From Smithella sp. (GTDB lineage Bacteria > Desulfobacterota > Syntrophia > Syntrophales > Smithellaceae): 64,000 nt of DNA. Position 1 is the stretch's first letter; every line of letters starts with the position of its first letter. The notes under the pieces were generated by a model. The model searched no databases, was not told where the DNA came from, and was given only the letters and a program-made list of their open reading frames with translations. Where the stretch lies: the NCBI GenBank assembly GCA_035350895.1, contig DAOPVC010000004.1:1223-65222 (forward strand), written 5' to 3'. This document shows, in pieces, positions 38,571-47,413 of this stretch. Both the position numbers and the translations under genes were made by a program.

Positions 38571-38598
38571 GGCCGGATTCCCATGTGCTTCGCCAATA
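38571..38598 (+). repeat. Remnant of the tRNA-Sec 3' end (att-like island boundary)
   Basis: GGCCGGATTCCCATGTGCTTCGCCAATA aligns with tRNA 30297-30325 (GGTTCGATTCCCATGCGCTTCCGCCAATA). The T-stem pairing ATGGG/CCCAT is retained. Confidence 0.6.
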
Positions 38599-38739
38599 AA
38601 TCATCTTTATAATTATTGAAACCTATGGCAGAATAACAAGCATTGATCATAGGCGTGATTGACCTGAACAATTTGAAGATTGCTGAAGAATTTTTGCAAT
38701 CAATATGACATTTCAATAATTCAAGAAAAAAAGAGGACT

Positions 38740-39414
38740 ATGCAAATGAACGTAATAGAAGCCATACAGAAGCGCAGGAGCATTCGGGCGTTTACGGAGA
38801 AGCCGGTGCCCAAAGAAACGATTATGGCAATTCTGAATATCGCCTGCCGGGCGCCTTCGGCGATGAATACGCAACCGTGGCAATTTATCGTGATCACCGG
38901 CGAAAAGCTCAACAAACTTCGTGCCGCCATCGTGGAAAAGCTGAAGAGCGGCGCGCCCATTGTGCCGGATCATCAGGTGGTGAGCTGGCCCGATAAAAGC
39001 GTTTATAAAGATCGTCAAATCACGCTGGCTAAGCAGCTCTTCAAAACCATGGACATTGCCCGTGAAGATAAAGAAAAACGCGCCTGGTGGATGGAACGGG
39101 GTTTTCGTTTCTTTGACGCTCCGGCGGCCATTATCGTTGCATGCGACAAGATTCTGGGCGAGGCGGCGCCTCTTCTGGATCTGGGGGCGGTCATGCAGAA
39201 CATCTGCCTGGCGGCCCTTGATGTCGGTCTGGGAACCTGTATTGAGGATCAGGGCGTGATGTACCCTGAAGTCGTCCGCGAACATACCGGTGTTTCACCG
39301 GAAAAGCGTCTGATGATAGCGATCGCAATCGGCTATCCGGATGAAAATTTCCCGGCTAATCAGGTCTGTTCGGAACGCGAACCGGCAGCCAGTCTCACCC
39401 GTTGGGTGGAATAA
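38740..39414 (+). CDS. Nitroreductase-family protein
   Basis: It has the KRRSIRAF motif near the N-terminus and SAMNTQPW. The start is placed at ATG 38740 (AAGAGGA RBS). Confidence 0.85.
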   Translation: MQMNVIEAIQKRRSIRAFTEKPVPKETIMAILNIACRAPSAMNTQPWQFIVITGEKLNKLRAAIVEKLKSGAPIVPDHQVVSWPDKSVYKDRQITLAKQLFKTMDIAREDKEKRAWWMERGFRFFDAPAAIIVACDKILGEAAPLLDLGAVMQNICLAALDVGLGTCIEDQGVMYPEVVREHTGVSPEKRLMIAIAIGYPDENFPANQVCSEREPAASLTRWVE

Positions 39415-39596
39415 GCGACCTCCGCAGGGGAAAAAATTCCGACCCCGATGTTTCCGTACCATGAACAGGGCGAGCAGCCCATCGCCGAAGATTTTAAAAC
39501 TTACGTTTCTTTTTTTTTCGATGCGAATTAAATATTGCAATACAGACATCATATGGTAAAAACAGGATACAATTTCATCGGAGCGGCGGAGCATTT

Positions 39597-40223
39597 ATGC
39601 ACAGAAGGATCGTCACCTGTTTTGTTTTTTTATTTCTGCTGTCTTCTCAGGCAATGGGTGAGACCGCACAGGACTGGTTTAATAAAGCTTATGCTTTGTC
39701 GGACGGTAAAAGATTCAGCGATCCGCAAAAGGCCGTCGAGTATTTGAATAACGCCATTAAACTTCAACCGAATGACGCCGAAGCTTACTATAACAGAGGC
39801 GTTGCTTATGACAACCTGGGTGAGTACCAAACGGCAATCAAAGATTACAATCAGGCTATCCGCTTGAGGCCTCATTATGCAGAGGCTTTCTGCAACAGGG
39901 GAATTTTATATAACGCGACCGGCCAGTTTCAGATGGCCATTGCGGATTTCAATGAAGCCATCCACCACAACCCCGATGATGCCGAAGCGTATCTCGGTCG
40001 CGGTTTCGCCTACGATCAACTCGGTCAATATCAGAAAGCCATTCAAGAATACAGTAAAGTCATCGCTCTTAAACCCGATTACGCCAGCGCTTTCAATAAC
40101 AGAGGAGCGGACTATCTCGCACAGGGAAACATTCCCTATGGTTGTCGCGACGCCAAAAAGGCGTGCGACCTTGGAAACTGCAAACTATTGAGACTGTCAA
40201 AGGACAGAGGAATCTGTCGATAA
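39597..40223 (+). CDS. Secreted TPR-repeat protein
   Basis: It has a signal peptide (..SSQAMGET), about five TPR units (AEAYYNRGVAY..., AEAFCNRGILY..., AEAYLGRGFAY...) and a Cys-rich C-terminal tail. Confidence 0.8.
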   Translation: MHRRIVTCFVFLFLLSSQAMGETAQDWFNKAYALSDGKRFSDPQKAVEYLNNAIKLQPNDAEAYYNRGVAYDNLGEYQTAIKDYNQAIRLRPHYAEAFCNRGILYNATGQFQMAIADFNEAIHHNPDDAEAYLGRGFAYDQLGQYQKAIQEYSKVIALKPDYASAFNNRGADYLAQGNIPYGCRDAKKACDLGNCKLLRLSKDRGICR

Positions 40224-40351
40224 TTCAGCAAAAAATTAAAGGTCCTTCAGGCAATATCCTCCCGCAAACACCTGTTGACTTGCCATTACTTCTTTCTCTG
40301 GATATTAACTTCACTGGTTGTTTTAATTTCATCATCATATTGAAATAATTG

Positions 40352-40375
40352 TTGATTAATAAAAAAATTAATCAA
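40352..40375. promoter_or_regulatory. Perfect 9-bp inverted repeat (operator- or hairpin-like)
   Basis: TTGATTAAT - AAAAAA - ATTAATCAA. Confidence 0.4.
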
Positions 40376-40430
40376 TATTAAATAATATTAATGTATATTA
40401 AGTAATATTAATAAATATTAAAAATATTTC
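40371..40430. repeat. Six tandem 10-bp AT-rich repeats in exact helical phase
   Basis: ATCAATATTA AATAATATTA ATGTATATTA AGTAATATTA ATAAATATTA AAAATATTTC, directly abutting TTGACA at 40431. Confidence 0.75.
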
Positions 40431-40488
40431 TTGACATTTGTTTAAAATTAGTGCCTTATGAGAACCAAGTGAGGTGTCTCTTTAATCT

Positions 40489-40686
40489 ATGGCCGATAAT
40501 ATAAAGAAAAATCAAGTAAAAAAGTTTCGGGAAACAATTCCTTTAAGCATATCCGAATTGGCCCGCCGGGCAGGATTAACTCCCCAAACTATTTCCAAAA
40601 TGGAAAAGGGATTGTCCACGAGAAAAAATTCCGAATTGAAGGTGGCCAAAGCTTTGCAAAAAACATATGAAGAGGTATTTCCCTGA
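40489..40686 (+). CDS. XRE-family helix-turn-helix protein
   Basis: 65 aa with an HTH_3-like segment LSISELARRAGLTPQTISKMEKG. Confidence 0.75.
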   Translation: MADNIKKNQVKKFRETIPLSISELARRAGLTPQTISKMEKGLSTRKNSELKVAKALQKTYEEVFP

Positions 40687-40742
40687 TTAAAGCAGACTTT
40701 TTTGGCTCACTGGTTTCTTTACTGGAGAAAGATTGAATCCAA

Positions 40743-41012
40743 ATGAAGATTGTAGGAAGATTGTTAATAGTTTTCTTACTGTTAATGTCTCTTTTGATAA
40801 CATTCGGCAATAGAGGAATTGTTGACAATTACTTCATGAGTAAAAGGCTGTCTGAATTAAAAGCGCAAAACGGAAAGATCACACTGGAGAACAACGAATT
40901 AAAGAAAAAAATCATTTTATTGCGAAATGATATTAATTATATAGAAGTCATAGCCCGCAATGAATTAGGAATGGTTAAAAAAGGAGATATTGTTTACCGG
41001 TGGGCTAAGTAA
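40743..41012 (+). CDS. ftsB: Septum formation initiator (FtsB/DivIC family)
   Basis: 89 aa with a single N-terminal TM helix, a coiled coil and a conserved tail IARNELGMVKKGDIVYR. Confidence 0.75.
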   Translation: MKIVGRLLIVFLLLMSLLITFGNRGIVDNYFMSKRLSELKAQNGKITLENNELKKKIILLRNDINYIEVIARNELGMVKKGDIVYRWAK

Positions 41013-41047
41013 CAAGAGATTTAGCAATAAACAATTATGGTGCTTAG

Positions 41048-42130
41048 ATGCTGGATTTAAAAGAAGTATTTTCCGGAAAAAAGAGTCTTGTCGGTTTGGA
41101 TATCGGGTCAAGCTCCATAAAGTTGGCGGAGGTAATCAGCAGCTCCAAGGGACATTACCTTGAACGTTTTTGTGAAGTTCCCCTGCCCAAGGGGGTCATC
41201 ATCGACGGCATTCTGGCCGACGTAAGCGTCCTTTCCTCAAAAATCAAAGAAATCTTCAAGATCGCCCGTTGCGGACGCAAAGGGATCGTCACTTCTCTGG
41301 CCGGCAATTCCGTCATTATCAAGAAAGTTACACTGGAGCAAATGAATGAAGCGGAATTGCGTGACTTGATTCGTGATGAAGCAGGCAAGTATCTGCCGTT
41401 TGATAATATGGATGACGTTAATTTCGATTTTCAGATTCTGGGTGAAAACAATTATAATCCCAACCAGATGGATATTGTCATCGTCGCCGCGAAAAAAGAA
41501 ATCGTCAACAGTTATCTGGAAGCGGCAACGGCAGCCGGGCAGAATGTTGAAATTGTGGATGTGGCCCCGTTTGTCCTGGAAACATTATATGAAGTTAATT
41601 ACGAATACGACAACGAAGAAATCGTTGTCTTAATCAACATCGGAGCAAGCACCACCGGAATTAATGTCGTTAAAGGGGGGACATCTGTTTTTACAAGAGA
41701 TTTTGCGCTGGCCGGCAATTCCATCACGGAGAGCATCCAGGAAAAATATCATGTGACATTTGAAGAGGCGGAAAAGCTTAAAATCGAAGGAATGCCGAAT
41801 GGAAGCGAAGGCGATAATCTTGATTTGAAAAATAATATTCTTGAATTTGCCCAGCCAATCTGCATGGAAATCGAAAGATCGATTGATTATTTTCGTTCAA
41901 CGTTCGGCGGTGAAGATATCAAACAAGTATTGCTTGCCGGTGGATCGGCCAGAATATCCAATCTGACGAAACATTTGTCGGAATTATTAAATGTGAAAAC
42001 AGAAATAATGGACTCGTTTCTGAAGATTAATTACAACAAAAGAAAAATAGACGTCAAAAATCTGGAAAATATCAAACCGGTGGCGGCAACAGCCATCGGC
42101 TTGGGACTGAGGAAAATAGGCGACAAATGA
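41048..42130 (+). CDS. pilM: Type IV pilus assembly protein PilM
   Basis: 360 aa, actin-like ATPase fold (GLDIGSSSIKLAE..., GGGSARI). Confidence 0.9.
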   Translation: MLDLKEVFSGKKSLVGLDIGSSSIKLAEVISSSKGHYLERFCEVPLPKGVIIDGILADVSVLSSKIKEIFKIARCGRKGIVTSLAGNSVIIKKVTLEQMNEAELRDLIRDEAGKYLPFDNMDDVNFDFQILGENNYNPNQMDIVIVAAKKEIVNSYLEAATAAGQNVEIVDVAPFVLETLYEVNYEYDNEEIVVLINIGASTTGINVVKGGTSVFTRDFALAGNSITESIQEKYHVTFEEAEKLKIEGMPNGSEGDNLDLKNNILEFAQPICMEIERSIDYFRSTFGGEDIKQVLLAGGSARISNLTKHLSELLNVKTEIMDSFLKINYNKRKIDVKNLENIKPVAATAIGLGLRKIGDK

Positions 42131-42675
42131 TCAAGATTAATCTTTTACCTTATCGTGAAAAGGCCAAAAAAGATACTTTTTTGAGGCAGATATTTATTGC
42201 CGCCGGCTCTGTCGTCCTGTTCATTCTTCTGCTTGTTTGGGTTACGTTCTGGATCAAATCCTCGATCAGTGATTTGGAAACACAGATAAAAGACTCGGAA
42301 TCTTCCATAGCCGTTCTTAATAAAAAAATAGGGGATCTGGAAAAATTCAAGAAAGACAAAAAGGAACTGGAGCAGAAAATAGGGGTTATTGCCACACTGG
42401 AAGAAAATCGTCTGACTCCATTAAAAACATTGGATAACCTGGCTCTGCTTGTTCCAACCAAGGATATCTGGTTCGTCAAGATTAATCAGAAAGGCGACAC
42501 CATTACCATTGAGGGAATCGGCCGGGATAATATTATTGTGGCGAATTTCATGAAAAGCATCGAACAGTTTGAACCGATAAAATCAGTCGATCTGGTCTCT
42601 TCAAAAAAGACTGAAATTGCCGGAACTACTTTGCAACAATTTAATTTTTCCTGTGTTTTGAAAAAAGGGTTTTGA
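42127..42675 (+). CDS. pilN: Type IV pilus assembly protein PilN
   Basis: It has the N-terminal INLLPYREK motif, one TM helix and a coiled coil. The start overlaps the pilM stop. Confidence 0.85.
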   Translation: MIKINLLPYREKAKKDTFLRQIFIAAGSVVLFILLLVWVTFWIKSSISDLETQIKDSESSIAVLNKKIGDLEKFKKDKKELEQKIGVIATLEENRLTPLKTLDNLALLVPTKDIWFVKINQKGDTITIEGIGRDNIIVANFMKSIEQFEPIKSVDLVSSKKTEIAGTTLQQFNFSCVLKKGF

Positions 42676-42678
42676 GAG

Positions 42679-43404
42679 ATGGCCATTGATATAAACACGA
42701 TAAAGAAAATGTCTCCTAAAGTAAAAGCTTTAGTTGTGTTTCTGGGGTTTTTATTAATCGGCTACTTCTATTGGTTCTACTTTCTTTCTTCAGCCGTTGA
42801 GAAAAGAAGCGCGTTGAGCACACAACTCTCAGAAATGCAGAATAAAATCAACGAGCAGAAGAAAATTGCCATGCAGCTCAATAAGTACAAGGCTGATGTG
42901 GCAACGCTGCAGGAAAGTTACAAGATAGCATTGCAAAAGCTTCCCGACCAGCGGGAAATACCATCTCTTTTTCACTCAGTGGCTTCAGCGGGTAAGGACG
43001 CCGGCGTTGAGTTTGTATTATTCGAACCCAAAGCTTCGGTACCCAAATCGTTGGATGCGCAGACATCCGCAGGCCCAAAGACAGCGGCATTACTTAAGCC
43101 TTCCGACCAGCGGGATCAGAAGCCGGCCAACGCCCCGGAAAGCAAGGATGCTGCGGGGCAGCAGTCCCAGGAACCTTTTTATGAAGAAATACCGGTGGGA
43201 ATATCCATTTTGGGCAACTATCAAAATATTCTCTATTTTTTCGATAAAGTTTCTAAATTACCCCGGATAGTAAATGTTTCCGATATTTCAATCGGTGACC
43301 GGAAAGAAGTAAAAGGCAGGGGATATCTTATCACCGCATCCTGCACGATAAAAACGTACATGTTTATTGATAAAAAAGACAAGGCAAGTGAAAAAACACA
43401 ATGA
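42679..43404 (+). CDS. pilO: Type IV pilus assembly protein PilO
   Basis: Assigned from its position in the operon, a single TM helix, a coiled coil and a PilO-like C-terminus. Confidence 0.75.
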   Translation: MAIDINTIKKMSPKVKALVVFLGFLLIGYFYWFYFLSSAVEKRSALSTQLSEMQNKINEQKKIAMQLNKYKADVATLQESYKIALQKLPDQREIPSLFHSVASAGKDAGVEFVLFEPKASVPKSLDAQTSAGPKTAALLKPSDQRDQKPANAPESKDAAGQQSQEPFYEEIPVGISILGNYQNILYFFDKVSKLPRIVNVSDISIGDRKEVKGRGYLITASCTIKTYMFIDKKDKASEKTQ

Positions 43405-44030
43405 AAAAAATTTTTTTAATTTTCATTAACTGTCTCCTGATAATTTTTTGTACGGCATTTTTTGTTTTTGCCGCAGAGGTTAAAAGCGCCGCCACTCCCG
43501 GTTCTGCCGTCACGGCAAATGCTGTTGCCGCCAAACAACAACAGCCCCCCCCTGTGAACGTGCCAGCTTCGGCCCAGGCCCTCAAAAAGCCGGCGCTTCC
43601 GGTTGCCGCCGTTCCTGTTCCGGCAAAGGATCAAAAACAGCAGGCACTTCCACCTTCGGTGAATCCTCCTGCGGCGGACACTTATAGTTACAATCCATCG
43701 GGAAAACCGGATCCTTTCCGTCCTTTTATCGTCATTGAAACGGCGCCAAAACCCAAACAGCAAACGGCAGCCAAGAAAACCAAGACGTCCATTTTCCCCT
43801 TACAAAGAGCGGAAACAACCAGTTATAAAGTGGTGGGGATTGTCGGGAATGAAGATCATCGAGTGGCGATTGCTGAAGATTCCGCAAAAAAGTTTTATCC
43901 GTTGTTGATCGGAACAAAAATCGGATTAAACGATGGCAGGGTGGTGGAAATTCTTGCTGACCGTGTTATTGTGGAAGAGTATGACAACAGAAAAGAAAAA
44001 AGGGTCACTTTAAAACTGTACAAAAATTAA
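43401..44030 (+). CDS. pilP: PilP-like pilus assembly protein
   Basis: It has a signal sequence, a Pro/Ala-rich linker and a C-terminal beta domain (YKVVGIVGNEDHRVAIAED...). It lies between pilO and pilQ. Confidence 0.7.
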   Translation: MKKIFLIFINCLLIIFCTAFFVFAAEVKSAATPGSAVTANAVAAKQQQPPPVNVPASAQALKKPALPVAAVPVPAKDQKQQALPPSVNPPAADTYSYNPSGKPDPFRPFIVIETAPKPKQQTAAKKTKTSIFPLQRAETTSYKVVGIVGNEDHRVAIAEDSAKKFYPLLIGTKIGLNDGRVVEILADRVIVEEYDNRKEKRVTLKLYKN

Positions 44031-44044
44031 AATGAGGTAACGTC

Positions 44045-45778
44045 ATGAAAAAATATTTCCCTAAAATATCTGCCGCTTTTTTAATTATGATCTGGGTTTT
44101 TACATATGTCATGGGAAATTCTTTTGCCGCCGTGAACGAGGACGAGAAAACGTCTGATGAAAAGTCATCGGCAAGCCCGATAATGTTGAAAAATATTTTG
44201 CTGGCCAAACTGCCCGGCAAAGAAAGAATCCATCTTGTTGTTTCCAGGCAACCGTTGATTGATGTTAAGAATAAGGATAACGGAAGTTATCTGATTAAAC
44301 TCGAAGATACCGATGTGCCGGACAGTCTCTGTCGCCCGCTGGGTGAAGGAGAGTTAAATAATATTATCAGCGTTGTCCCTTCCAAACAGTTGATTAAAGG
44401 TAAAAGCATTGTTTATTTAAATATTTATCCGCACGAAGCAGTTCCTTATTCGATCCGACAGGAAGGAGAAAATGTTTTAATTGACTTCAATGTTGCAGGA
44501 CTCGAAGAGAAAAAAGCGAATGATTCGCGAAAAGCATCCGTTTCCAAAAAGGCGCTGGCAAAAGTAAGCGCGGAACCGGAAAAAATCGACAATAAAAGAG
44601 ATGAATCATTGGATCTGCCGCCAGCCCAGAAAGGTCCGTCTAAAAAATACATAGATAGGATAGTATCCCTTGACTTTCAGGACGCCGATATAAAAAGCGT
44701 TTTACGCCTGATGGCCGAATACGGCAATGTAAGTATCGTGACCAGCGATGAAGTCAAAGGGAATATAACGCTGTCCATGAAAAATGTTCCGTGGACCAAA
44801 GCACTGGATACGATACTCGACGTAAATGGTCTGACAAAGAAACAGGACAACAATGTCATTATCGTTACGAGCATGGATAGAAGCAAGAAAGAGGATGCTG
44901 CTCGCGAAGAATTGAAAATAAAAGAACAGAAAATGAGGGCGGAAAAGGGGCTGCTGAAACAGGTGCTGATTGAAGCGAAAATTGTTGAGGCAACAGAAGG
45001 GTTTACCAGAGATCTTGGCATCCAGTGGGGTTTCGGCACATCACAGAGACAGCATATCGGCAGCAGCAAATACGGTTTGGGTGTCGTCGGAGGCAGCAAT
45101 ACATCAACAGCAAATCAACAGGCAATGACGTATCCTTCTCAAATCGGAATGACGGACAGTGACGGGAATCCCTTAACGATGGCGGCGGTCAATTTGCCGG
45201 CATCTCTTGCGTCTCCAGCCATTGGTCTGGTCTTCGGCGGTGCAACAGGATTTCTGGAAGCCCAGTTGGCAGCACTGGAAGAAAACTCAACCGGTAAAAT
45301 AATTTCTGCGCCTAAAGTTGTCACGATGGAAGGCATCAAGGCTGTTATTAAGCAGGGTGATGAAGTCCCTTATATAACTCCGGCATCGGGCGACAGCCCG
45401 GCAACCGTTTCTTTCAAAGAAGCCTTGTTAAAATTGGAAGTTACCCCGAAACTTACCGACGAAGGGAAAATTTCCATGGATATTAAAGCCAGTAATGACA
45501 CACCGGACTGGTCCAAAGCCGCCCTGAATCCGCAAGGCAATCCTCCCATTGTGAAGAGCGAAGTGGAATCCAAAGTTGTTATTAATGACGGAGATACCGT
45601 TGTTGTCGGCGGCATCTTAAGATCATCGGAAAGCAAATCGGTAAGCGGATGGCCCTGGCTGCAAAAGATACCCGTACTCGGCTGGTTATTCAAAACCGAC
45701 AGCACGACAAGAGAAAAAAGGCAATTGCTGATTTTTGTAACACCTAAAATCTTGAATAGTGAATTTACAGGCGAATGA
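44045..45778 (+). CDS. pilQ: Type IV pilus secretin PilQ
   Basis: 577 aa with an AMIN-like N-terminus, N0/N1 domains (VSLDFQDADIKSVLRLMAE) and a secretin C-domain (IPVLGWLFK...LLIFVTPKIL). Confidence 0.9.
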   Translation: MKKYFPKISAAFLIMIWVFTYVMGNSFAAVNEDEKTSDEKSSASPIMLKNILLAKLPGKERIHLVVSRQPLIDVKNKDNGSYLIKLEDTDVPDSLCRPLGEGELNNIISVVPSKQLIKGKSIVYLNIYPHEAVPYSIRQEGENVLIDFNVAGLEEKKANDSRKASVSKKALAKVSAEPEKIDNKRDESLDLPPAQKGPSKKYIDRIVSLDFQDADIKSVLRLMAEYGNVSIVTSDEVKGNITLSMKNVPWTKALDTILDVNGLTKKQDNNVIIVTSMDRSKKEDAAREELKIKEQKMRAEKGLLKQVLIEAKIVEATEGFTRDLGIQWGFGTSQRQHIGSSKYGLGVVGGSNTSTANQQAMTYPSQIGMTDSDGNPLTMAAVNLPASLASPAIGLVFGGATGFLEAQLAALEENSTGKIISAPKVVTMEGIKAVIKQGDEVPYITPASGDSPATVSFKEALLKLEVTPKLTDEGKISMDIKASNDTPDWSKAALNPQGNPPIVKSEVESKVVINDGDTVVVGGILRSSESKSVSGWPWLQKIPVLGWLFKTDSTTREKRQLLIFVTPKILNSEFTGE

Positions 45779-45859
45779 AGCAAGAGAAATTGATGTAAAT
45801 CTGATTTTTTACTTTTTTAACGGCACTCCGTTCCCGTATTAAAATAGACTAATTTTCAA

Positions 45860-46627
45860 ATGAAATTAAATACCAACAACATTATATTTCTATCCGTCCT
45901 GTCGGCCGTGTTTTTTTGTTTTTCCTGTACCTACACTCCCTGGCACAGAGAACAGTCGGAAATCTTCCTGAACAAAGGCATTTCCTTCTTGCAGGTGGGC
46001 CAATTCAACAGCGCGCTCAAAGAGCTTCTGGAAGCCGAGAAATACCACTCCGGCAACCCCAGAATTCATTATTATTTAGGCATGGCGTATCACGGCAAAG
46101 GCATGTCGGACCAAGCCATTGAGGAATTCGAAGAAGCAATATCTCTGGATAAAAATTATTCCGAGGCCCATAATTATCTGGGCACACTGTATGCGGAAAG
46201 AAGTCTCTGGGACAAAGCGATTAATGAATACGAGAAGGCGCTCAACAATCATATGTACGATACGCCATCGATCGCTCTTTATAATATGGCCCGGGCCTAC
46301 TATTCAAAAAAGGATTATAAAAAAGCTCTGATTAAATATCATGAAGTGCTCCGGACAGATCCGATGACCGCACTGCGCCCGCAAGTAGAAAAAAATATCG
46401 GTCTGATTTATTACGATCAGGACAATTTCATCGATGCCATCAAGCATTTGAAAAAATCCATAGAACTTGATCCTTCTCTTTTTGACGCCTATTACATGCT
46501 GGGCCAGAGTTATTTAAAAAATAAGGACAGCAAGAATGCAAGGCGCGCTTTTGAAAATGTCGTCAAGCTATCCCCGGAATCCTCTTTTGGTCGCAAGGCC
46601 GGGAACTATTTACAATCCCTGCCATAA
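45860..46627 (+). CDS. TPR lipoprotein, PilW/PilF-like
   Basis: It has a lipobox (FFCFSC) and about six TPR units. It lies directly downstream of pilQ. Confidence 0.6.
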   Translation: MKLNTNNIIFLSVLSAVFFCFSCTYTPWHREQSEIFLNKGISFLQVGQFNSALKELLEAEKYHSGNPRIHYYLGMAYHGKGMSDQAIEEFEEAISLDKNYSEAHNYLGTLYAERSLWDKAINEYEKALNNHMYDTPSIALYNMARAYYSKKDYKKALIKYHEVLRTDPMTALRPQVEKNIGLIYYDQDNFIDAIKHLKKSIELDPSLFDAYYMLGQSYLKNKDSKNARRAFENVVKLSPESSFGRKAGNYLQSLP

Positions 46628-46702
46628 TCTTTTAAGAATATTGAATGCTTTTCCTTTCTTGACACTCCATATAGGCTGTGTTACGAAGCGCAAAATTGCA
46701 TC

Positions 46703-47413
46703 TTGAATTTAATGACAACCGCCATGGCAAATAATAATTTTAATGAAGACCGCAATGCGTTTCTGCAAAAAGCAGATGCGCTCTTGCGGGAAAATAATAT
46801 GTCTGCCATTCTGAATCTCGCCGGCCAGCGACTGCAAAACCATCCCGCAGATGCCGATGCCCTTGGAATTTACTGTGAAGCATTGATTGGCATGGGCAAA
46901 ATTGAAGAAATGCGCCAATGGCTGATCAGGGTAGCGGAAATAATTTCCGGATTAAACCTTGTTCATGAACGTGCCGGAGATGCCTGTCGGGAAAACGGCT
47001 TTCATCAGGAAGCTGCCGCCTGTTATGAAAAATTTATCTCTTTGCGTCCGGATGCGGAAAAAGCTGTTGAAATTATCGGGAAAATGGCCTTGCTGGAACA
47101 AGAGGACAAACCTGTTGTTTCTGCAGGTGACAAGGAAGAAATTCCAGAACGGGAATTTTTTACCGTGACCCTCGCGCAACTCTACATCGATCAGGGCCAT
47201 CTTCAGGACGCGGAGGTCATCTTGGAAGAGATCGTGAAAAAGGAACCTTCCAATGAGCAGGCGATGACCATGCTGGATGAATTAAGAAGCGCCATGCAAG
47301 CTCCGTCATTGACCGAAAACAAAACGTTGAGCTCTAATGACAAGCTGATCAGGATTCTTTCCGGCTGGTTGAAAAATATCGAAAGGTTGAAAATGAATGC
47401 GGCATCAAGATAG
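46703..47413 (+). CDS. TPR-like hypothetical protein
   Basis: 236 aa of helical-repeat composition. The start codon is uncertain. Confidence 0.5.
   Translation: MNLMTTAMANNNFNEDRNAFLQKADALLRENNMSAILNLAGQRLQNHPADADALGIYCEALIGMGKIEEMRQWLIRVAEIISGLNLVHERAGDACRENGFHQEAAACYEKFISLRPDAEKAVEIIGKMALLEQEDKPVVSAGDKEEIPEREFFTVTLAQLYIDQGHLQDAEVILEEIVKKEPSNEQAMTMLDELRSAMQAPSLTENKTLSSNDKLIRILSGWLKNIERLKMNAASR

Larger units (their letters stand above)
30323..38598. mobile_element. selC-associated genomic island carrying an RHS toxin/immunity locus (no integrase left)
   Basis: It starts right after the tRNA-Sec CCA end. It ends at a degenerate direct repeat of the tRNA T-arm and 3' acceptor strand (38571-38598). 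The interior is markedly AT-richer than the flanks and holds only RHS modules and small membrane proteins. Confidence 0.5.

Noticed and set aside
30323-38598. Search for integrase, excisionase, transposase, PAAR/VgrG/Hcp or TcA/TcB genes in or next to the island
   Set aside because: None of the ORFs in the island or the flanking 10 kb shows such features. The 38238-38570 stretch is AT-rich and non-coding by eye.
40431-40459. TTGACA at 40431 as the -35 of a canonical promoter for the XRE gene
   Set aside because: With a 16-18-nt spacer the best -10 is CCTTAT/CTTATG, which lacks the key A2. The nearby TAAAAT is only 6 nt away. It is kept only as context for the phased repeats.
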